DNA from: Lingula anatina
Lineage: Eukaryota; Animalia; Brachiopoda
Assembly (NCBI GenBank): GCA_051362555.1
Contig: CM120641.1
Coordinates: 15,004,001-15,068,000, forward strand
Reading direction: 5' to 3'
DNA: 64,000 bases
Positions 56,606 through 64,000 of this stretch are shown in pieces (positions within the stretch are counted from its first letter, which is position 1; every line of letters begins with the position of its first letter). The position numbers and the translations under genes are program-made. The notes under the pieces were generated by a model that ran no database searches, had not been told where the DNA came from, and worked only from the letters and a program-made list of their open reading frames with translations.

Positions 56606-57422
56606 TGTAAATGAGAGTTATATACCAAGTCAAAGGTACTGTTAATGGATGGAGATGACTAGCTACTGGTTATATGTATGTATTTTAACTTCAGATGTAT
56701 GAAGCTTAAAATAATTAATAAATAAATGATATCTGAGCAATGCACTGTTAAAGTATCACTCTGTTTATAGTGCCTCTTCTTTCCGTTACGCTGTGACGAC
56801 TAACTTAACTTACTAGTTGCCCTACTAACAAATGATAATTAACTTAAATAAATAGATAGGGTAGGTAATAATATATACAGCCATGCATACCTACAAAAAA
56901 AAAAAAAAAAAAAAAAAAAACATTAAATCTTAAGTATATCTGCACTATACTAAAAATATCTTGATGAGGCATGTTATATTGATACACTGTAAGATAATCC
57001 ACTTCTAACCATTATAATGTGAAGACTAACTTAAACATATAGTGCCACTGTTTACCATTTTATAATGATAAATAGCTTAAATAAATAGATAGATATATAA
57101 AAATATTTAATCCTACACCCAAAAATATCTGCTTTATTATGATAAATAGCTTAGATAAATTGATAGATATACAAAAATAATTAATCCTACAAACAAAAAT
57201 ATCTGCATATCGATAATGACACAATACTTCCTTATCTTGCTACTTGGCACTGAGATCTGGCATGTCCATTGAATCGTAGCAATTTCATGTACTATATACT
57301 CAATTACAGTTCATTGGGCTAGTAGCACCCTTGTGCTGCTAATAAATACATTTAAAGCAAGTCCCTTTAGAACCTTTTTTCAATTACTAGTAAAGTCAAT
57401 GTTAAACCCTTTTTCAATTACA

Positions 57423-59561
57423 TCATAATCCTCTTCTTGCACTCTTTCTACGACTGTCAATATTCAACACTTTCTCAATTGTGTCACGTAAGTTAGCTGC
57501 CAGCAGACTAGTGCCTTGGCGCGATAAATGGACACCATCTCTGTTGAACAGGTGTCTTTGTATAACTCCCCTTCGCATAAAGTTTCCATTTTCACAAACA
57601 TGAAGATTGTTTACTTTGGACGAATGTATTTTGGATTTCAGCAGGGCATTTACAACATCTGTGTCTCTGTTCAGCATAGCATAGTCCAACCTTGGAGTTC
57701 CCAGAGATATGATAACTTGTGTCTGGGGTTGAGTCTTTGCAAAGTCCTCTCCCATTGCATATAGTCTCTCTGCACACTGAGCAGCCGATTCCTCTCCGAC
57801 ATCATTTGTGATTTCATGAAGAATAACACAATCAGAATCTAGGTTCTTGTTGTTGAACATAATGTTAGCAGCCTCTGGAGCTGTGTATGCTAAAACTGTC
57901 TCTGTCCTCGCAGCCGGCACAAGGCGATGGGGGATAATGTTTTTTATCTGGGAGTTCCCAATAAGGGTCACTGTACGTCTCCTTGATCTTTCGTGGCTGT
58001 TGCTTACTCCTCTCATGTCAGTGACTGTTTGAATGTGTTGTGGTGGTGTCACGACAGGGGTACGTAGAGCCTCCGAGTATGATAGTCGGGGTGGGGAGGA
58101 AGCACCGTTGACGTGGTTTTCTGCTCCTGAGGCTGGCACGTTGATGGGATGAGCAGATTGGTGTCCATCATTTTCTGATTCAAGGTTAGAATCTATCTCT
58201 GTGGGTGGGTAATGGTGCCTCTCTGCTGGGGACTCTGGTGTATCAAACAGTGTGGGGCTTATACTTCTGCCACCATTATAGCTACAGACTGATTTTCTCC
58301 TTTCCCCAGGAGCTGTGCTGCTAGTGCAACCTGCTGCATTAAAAGTGTTGTCATGGTCACACTGTACACTTGTTCTTCGTGCTTCATACATTTCCTCTCT
58401 GGATTTTTCCAGCTCAAGTTGGAGGTTGTCGCACTTGGAACGTAGGTTAGTTAGATCATCCTCTTTGTCTTTAATAACAGACATGAGCTGCTCAGCTGTA
58501 TGGTCCCTTGCCTGCATGGCTGCAGTGATTTTATCCACTTTGGCCTGTAACCCCATCTTTTCTGCCTTAAATTTATTGAGTTGATCCTTGGCTGCTTGTT
58601 CCATATCCACCCTGAGTTTATGTATCTTATCTGTCACACTGTTTTTATCAGCTTTCTTAACGTTATCCAACTCACTCTTGGTTTTATTCAACTCCTTTCT
58701 CAGAGATGATACTTCAGACTCGAGGGTTTTCTTTTCATTTTTCACTAGTTCTAAATCCCTTTGTGCCAACTTGATCTTGAGATCAAGACACTGCTCTTGT
58801 AATTTATCAACCCATCTAGCCTCAAATTCCTTCAGAGTCTCAACCATAAAGGTTTGCGATTGTTCTCTCAGTGGCTCAGTTCGTGTCCCTTGGTCTGCTG
58901 CCTCTAGGGAAGTTTGCGTTTCAGCCTCTAAGAAGTCGTGGATAGTTTGTGTAGCTACTGCTGTTGTGGGTAATTGAGAGTTGGTGCTGACAGATTTACC
59001 AGTGAGTTGTGGCATTTGTGGCATTTCGTTATTGTTATTGTTAAGATGATTTAAAATGTCTGGGTCTGGACTGACACACAATTCACAAGAGAACTTTCTG
59101 CTGGAATTTCTAAGAGAGGTGAGCATATACGCAGGCAATGCTGAACAGGTAAAATGTATCCACCCTCTACAATTGCAACACTGGATCATGAATTCATTGT
59201 CAGGTATACCGCACTGAGCTTCACATGCCATTTTATGTACGAGGCAGAGAGCAGCTCCTTCATCTACATCTGTACATACCCCTTTCTGTAAAGTTTCTAT
59301 CTCTGGTGTTGCTGGAGTTTCTTGTTTTTTACTATCTAGAAATTTCCTTAGGGTCATATTGGACTCTTCATTAATATGTACCTCGATGTCAGTCTCAGGG
59401 ATATCATAGGAGTTCATGAACTTTACCGCTTCTTCAATTGTTTCAAAGGCTTTGTGGCAGTTTCCTGGGAATCGCACTGTGCTGGCCTGGGCCATTGGCC
59501 ACCGTAGAAAGATGCCGGGCTCTCTCCCAGATGCTACGGCGTAGAATTTGGTTGACGACAT
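57423..59561 (-). CDS. LINE ORF1p, 712 aa: RNase H1-type hybrid-binding domain + PHD finger + coiled coil + SGNH esterase
   Basis: FYAVASGREPGIFLRW...FPGNCHKAFETIEEAVKF (aa 6-48); Cys4-His-Cys3 PHD (aa 113-162); heptad-rich region at about aa 240-395; LIGNS / HEITND / DGVH esterase blocks. Confidence 0.9.
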   Translation of the reverse strand: MSSTKFYAVASGREPGIFLRWPMAQASTVRFPGNCHKAFETIEEAVKFMNSYDIPETDIEVHINEESNMTLRKFLDSKKQETPATPEIETLQKGVCTDVDEGAALCLVHKMACEAQCGIPDNEFMIQCCNCRGWIHFTCSALPAYMLTSLRNSSRKFSCELCVSPDPDILNHLNNNNNEMPQMPQLTGKSVSTNSQLPTTAVATQTIHDFLEAETQTSLEAADQGTRTEPLREQSQTFMVETLKEFEARWVDKLQEQCLDLKIKLAQRDLELVKNEKKTLESEVSSLRKELNKTKSELDNVKKADKNSVTDKIHKLRVDMEQAAKDQLNKFKAEKMGLQAKVDKITAAMQARDHTAEQLMSVIKDKEDDLTNLRSKCDNLQLELEKSREEMYEARRTSVQCDHDNTFNAAGCTSSTAPGERRKSVCSYNGGRSISPTLFDTPESPAERHHYPPTEIDSNLESENDGHQSAHPINVPASGAENHVNGASSPPRLSYSEALRTPVVTPPQHIQTVTDMRGVSNSHERSRRRTVTLIGNSQIKNIIPHRLVPAARTETVLAYTAPEAANIMFNNKNLDSDCVILHEITNDVGEESAAQCAERLYAMGEDFAKTQPQTQVIISLGTPRLDYAMLNRDTDVVNALLKSKIHSSKVNNLHVCENGNFMRRGVIQRHLFNRDGVHLSRQGTSLLAANLRDTIEKVLNIDSRRKSARRGL

Positions 59562-60356
59562 GGTTATTGTTTATCGTATCGTATATATCTATCTATATGA
59601 GATCGATCTATTGCCTGAGTAGTATCAGAGTTCCTGTAGGATACCAAGTGTACAAGTTAACCTCAGTTAACATGAGTTATAGACGCTGCTCGAGGTAACT
59701 CACCGGCTTAATAGTTTCAAATTATTCTTATTCCTTCTCTAACTCAGTTCTTTGTTCTTTGTTCTAACCATGACGCCGCTATTTGAAGTGTCTCTAGCTC
59801 TTGGAATCCTTGTGCTCGGCTAAATCTGTGTGTGCTGATGTGAAGATACTAAGTTCATTTTCCAGTTTCTGCTAGTCATTCCATCCAATAACTTCTGAAT
59901 TAGTTATATTTTATCATAATAATCTGAACGATAGACAAAATCAAGCTAACCGCCATAGCCTCGTTCTCGTTCTCTCGTTCTGTGGGTATTCAATTCTTTC
60001 AAAACGTCCAATCTATTACATCTGACTCCTTAGAATTGTTTATGACTGTTGCAAAATTTTATATATGAATCATATTCAACGATCAACAATACAACGGATA
60101 TTATGGTTGATCATACGTGTATATCACATATCTAGCACGAGTTGACTGGTAAACTACTGTTGTTAACACTGATAGTGACACGGCGTTCACCCTGAGGGTT
60201 GAAGGCATCCCATCCCAAATGGCTGTCACTTTCAAGACTTTTCAACTTCCAAAATTATACAATCGCTAGGAAACACAAACAAGTTAAATGATAGAAATTA
60301 CAAGACTGGCCGTATCATGTTAATCTAGATCTATTCCTAGTTTCTATCAGACTCAC

Positions 60357-60440
60357 CAGTTTCGCAAAAACAAGGAGATTGAAAGTACCGGCATCATCGT
60401 CGCTTCATGTAGATGCTTGTTGCCTGTTGCTTGGTTTGAC
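60357..60440 (-). other. Putative first (5'UTR) exon of the NWD-like gene
   Basis: Consensus donor CTG|GTGAGT at 60356-60351 on -, in CpG-richer unique sequence just beyond the LINE. It pairs with the otherwise orphan acceptor at 51991. The 5' end is approximate. Confidence 0.5.
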
Positions 60441-60831
60441 ATCCAACTTTTTCACCTATTCCCGACCCGAAATGTGGTCTCGACCTAATTCATAATTTTT
60501 TTTCAGAACACCTTTTCATTGTATATAATATTTCATCAAATAGATCTAGCCAAGCGCAAGACGCTAAATACCTGTATTTGATTCCCATTATATATACATT
60601 TTTTATCTTTAATTTTCTTTTTCTAAAAATTGGTAGTCAACTATGCATATTAAAATACCATTTTGGGTTTAGAATATATAAATGGGTCATTTGGTGATTT
60701 TCCCCGCCAAGAAGCCTCGTTCAAAGAGAGCATATACACTGTTATCAAAGTACCCTAAACGAGGCTAAAAGAGACGACGACCCCTTATTCGCTAGCACAC
60801 CAAAGAGCTTATATTATCTTTACCGAATACC
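60440..60831. promoter_or_regulatory. Putative bidirectional promoter (NWD-like on -, mitoregulin-like on +)
   Basis: Gap of ~400 bp between divergent 5' ends; TATATAAA at ~60675 and E2F-like TTTTCCCCGCCAA at 60698-60710. Confidence 0.45.
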
Positions 60832-60996
60832 ATGAGCCCCGAAGATAAGAAATTAGCGATCATAGCTGGTATTGCTTTCTTTACTGGAGTGTTCGTTGGG
60901 TACAAGCTGAAGACTTGGCGCGTTTCTTATTTGAAGAAGAAAAGGGACTGGTTTGCTAAGAAACTTGCTGCAACAAACAGGGACATCGTTTCATAG
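60832..60996 (+). CDS. MTLN: Mitoregulin-like micropeptide, 54 aa: MSPEDKKLAIIAGIAFFTGVFVGYKLKTWRVSYLKKKRDWFAKKLAATNRDIVS
   Basis: ACCATG Kozak; N-terminal TM helix plus basic amphipathic tail. Gap-free match to human mitoregulin as recalled from memory: AFxxGVxxG(W/Y)-x5-RxxYL-x9-KLAAT. Confidence 0.85.
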   Translation: MSPEDKKLAIIAGIAFFTGVFVGYKLKTWRVSYLKKKRDWFAKKLAATNRDIVS

Positions 60997-61409
60997 GGGG
61001 TTTCGGTTTCATAGTGCATAGCGTTATCTTCGTTTATCTGTGAGGTGAGTTTAATCCTAACCGTTATAATACTCCTACGTGCTGTAGGTGGACTTCGGCT
61101 GTACAAATATAGACTAATCGTAGCCGTGCCATTAGGCAACTTAATGGTTTGATTTGTGACTTTTGATTTTCAACCATTTAAGCCTTAATTTAAGGCAACA
61201 GAAAAATATGACATGACTGAGTCAGACTTAACATACCACCAGTGAAGTTTGTGGTGGGGTGGTATTAATACAAGTTAGAAAGCGCTCAAAAACCTCATGC
61301 TCTCATTAAAATGCTTCAAAGAAATGCATCCTGGTTCTTTGTAAGGCTGGAAGTATACAGGATTTTTGACATTTGTGCAAAAAGCCCATCATAAAAAAGT
61401 GCATTTAGG

Positions 61410-61461
61410 AATAGATAGATAATTTATTTAGTTTTTCAAGGCCTCCGGCCCATAGTACATG

Positions 61462-61493
<32 letters not shown>

Positions 61494-64000
61494 GTCCGTG
61501 AGAAGTATTAAAGATTATTAATTTTTGTCAGTGATCTAAAATTTCTTTTCTTAATAAAAAAGCATTAAATATATAAACAGCTAAACTAGATATTAAATTT
61601 GTGTTTTTTGTGTTCATTAATCTTAAAAAACTTTCTTTAGTAGGGTTATTCACTGGCAAATATTTTTCTCTTAATTCTGTATATGCTACACATGTCATTA
61701 AAAAATGATATTCGTCCTCAACATCATAAATATTATGTTTTTTACAGATTAAACAGAGTCTATTGCATCTTTCTATACCTTTCCATCTACCGCTCTCAAT
61801 ATTTAGTAGGTGATTTGCGCATCTGAATCTTGCTAGTGAGGTTCTATGTTTTACATTTTTAATGCTTAATAAGTAACACTCCAGTGTTAACGTACTCTTA
61901 AATAATGAATAAGTATCCAGTTTGCTGCTCTTACATATGTTACTGTGCCATATTTGGCCAGCATTATCTACTAATCTTTCTCTGAAAACTTTAATAAATA
62001 AAACAGAATTTCCCACACCCTGAGCCTCCCAGACAATGGATTTGAACAATGGATACAGAATGGCATTGCACCAGCTAGAGGGGAATTTTCCACTACTAAT
62101 ACAGTATTATAAAGATTTAACAACAGTGGTGATAAATGGTTGAAGCCATATTTAAACATTTCAATCACTAATCCATCAGGACCTGGAGATTTTCCATTTT
62201 TCATGGTGCGTACAACATTTGATAGTTCATCCATAGTGAATGGCTCATTTAGAGTATTGCAACTATTTAAAGGCTGTATGTGCTCAAACCATTCAGTATA
62301 CTGTTCGATATATGTTATGAAGCTCTTTTCGATGTCATTTACATTTTCATTTAATAACTTGTAAAAATGATTTTGCCATGCTTGTGGGCTGATATTATTC
62401 TTTTTAATAGACTGAGCACTTTTCAGAGACTTTATATAATTCCACATTTCCTTTGTGGTTTTTAAAGTGTGCAATTGCTCGACTTCATTTGCAGTGTAAG
62501 AGTTTTTCTTCATTTCACAAAGTGCCTTAAACTTACTCTTACATTCCTTATATTTTTTAAAATCATTTTGATTATTTGACTTCCTGAAATCATTGAGACA
62601 TTTGAATTTAAGTTGTTTTAATAAATCACATTCTTGATCCCACCACCTAGGTTGATTTCTTTGAACTTTGTTTTCCCTGGCTAAGAAGAGAGTACCTGAC
62701 CGTTGTAGTAGACCTTCTAACATTTGTTCAGCATTGTTCACATCATTCATCTGCAATAAGTAATTGAAATGGCCTAAACTAAAAATATTATCATTTTGTA
62801 AATTACCAAGGAACCTATTTGCTTTTTTGTTGTTCCATTTGTACAGTTTGCGCTTGCATGTGCTTATTGCATTTTCGGGTTTGTTTGAAACATCCCTGCA
62901 CTGGACTTGACATGAGATGGGGAAATGATCTGATATATCTAAGGATAGAACCTCAAATGTATCTACACACATGAAAAGGTCTGTATGTAACAAAATATAA
63001 TCAACAACACTGCAGCCATTGTACTTCTGACATGTGAATTCACCTCCAATATCTGGTGCAATGCGGCCATTTAACATGTGCATATTTTGACCTATACATA
63101 GCTCTATCAAAGATCTTCCAAAATTATTTTCAGTGATGTCCTTTGAAACCCTGGGCATACAAAAATCATCCCTGTCATAAATCCCCTCAAGGTCCAGATG
63201 TCGTAAGCTGTCGTCACAATAATCTGGCAAATTACCAGTTCGTGCATTTAAGTCCCCCATTAAGAAAAGTTTTAAGTCCCCATATTTTGTGAAAATTTCG
63301 AGCAGTACATTTTCTAACCTTTGAATACCATTTGTTTCATTTAAAGTGGTATACAGCACTGATCCCTCTGGGGCAATGTATAGACAACCTAGTAAAATAT
63401 CTAAATCACTATTGAAAAAGTTCCCATCCAAAATTAGAAAAACCATATCGGTATAGGTATTTATGACATTTTTAACTAACTTAAGCAAGTGATTTTTGAT
63501 AAAAATACACACTCCTCCTTTTCTTGTTAAGACCCTGGGTTTATCAAAAGAGGTGTGCAAAGCTGAGATTGTCCCGAATTCACCATCATGTTCTGCAAAA
63601 GTCTCTGTGACTCCTAAAATGTCTGATTCTAGTAGTAATTTACAGAAATCGGGGTGATTAACTTTCGATTTGAGTCCATTTGCATTATAACACGTGATAC
63701 ATAACCTGGTTATTTCACTGCCTGTAACTACACTTTCGATGCACGGAGCACATGGAGTGATTGTATCCAGTTGTCCCTTGCTGTTGTCACATACTGTCAT
63801 TGGACCTTGGCCACATCCCTAAGGGGCTTCATGGTCTTGCTGCCACTCTTGAAAATGATTTGTCGCCTCTTGATCCATGCCTTGCTGGGAGCCCCTTATG
63901 TTAGGTGTTTCCCTGTTTGGTGGGATCTGTTGCCCTGGTCTGTCAGAGGGATATTGCCGAAAAACCTCTGTATGGTCACAATCTGGGCTCCTGTACAATT
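61410..64000 (-). mobile_element. Second CR1/L2-group LINE, RT domain internally deleted, 5' part beyond the window
   Basis: APE domain (YNANG, DILGVTET, GDLNAR, VVDY, SDHFP) and PGPDG at 61971-63800, joined directly to the C-terminal KLDTY...ESGR...CLIC...EDEYHFLMTC (61528-62049). 3' hairpin GGCC-GGA-GGCC, AATAAA, (CTAT)n tail. Confidence 0.92.
61528..63800 (-). pseudogene. Defective LINE ORF2 (endonuclease retained, RT core missing)
   Basis: 1-bp frameshift near 62097 (restoring it gives SSGKFPSSWCNAILYPLFK), then a jump to C-terminal IVWEAQGVG; no QxGF, QG or YADD motifs. Confidence 0.88.

Larger units (their letters stand above)
52647..59980 (-). mobile_element. Full-length non-LTR retrotransposon (CR1/L2 group), 7334 bp
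   Basis: TSD TGTGGG at 52641-52646 and 59981-59986. Order: 5'UTR, ORF1, ~820-bp spacer, ORF2, 3'UTR, AATAAA (52666-52671), (CATTC)4 tail. Confidence 0.95.

Noticed and set aside
53043-59698. Plus-strand ORFs overlapping the LINE (and similar ones over NWD exons)
   Set aside because: Antisense shadows of real coding sequence.
21564-60996. Idea that four membrane-anchored proteins (globin, TM ORF, NWD-CaaX, MTLN) form a functional cluster
   Set aside because: Different membranes and no shared pathway evidence; neighbourhood alone is weak evidence in animal genomes without synteny data.
60927-61139. 70-aa minus-strand ORF from the track
   Set aside because: No motif; overlaps the better-supported plus-strand mitoregulin-like sORF.
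1-64000. CRISPR arrays, rRNA/tRNA genes, prokaryotic operons
   Set aside because: None seen; the sequence is eukaryotic with spliceosomal introns, and the repeats lack repeat-spacer structure.

Overview
AT-rich, intron-containing animal genomic DNA (likely a marine invertebrate; the taxon is an inference). Four host genes are supported. (1) A 3-exon globin on + (21564-28279, 237 aa) with B12.2/G7.0 introns and an N-myristoylation-type extension. (2) A 111-aa single-pass membrane ORF on + (41470-41805). (3) A 7-coding-exon NACHT-WD40 (NWD-like STAND) gene on - (51928-43858, 1297 aa) ending in a CaaX box. (4) A 54-aa mitoregulin-like micropeptide on + (60832-60996), missed by the ORF track and head-to-head with the NWD gene. 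Mobile DNA includes a full-length young CR1/L2-group LINE (52647-59980, TSD TGTGGG). Its ORF1 combines an RNase H1-type hybrid-binding domain, a PHD finger, a TQT array, a coiled coil and an SGNH esterase. There is also a second, RT-deleted LINE (61410-64000), a decayed DD34E Tc1 element (8706-10015), several MITEs and microsatellites. All homology calls come from motif recognition by eye; no database searches were run.
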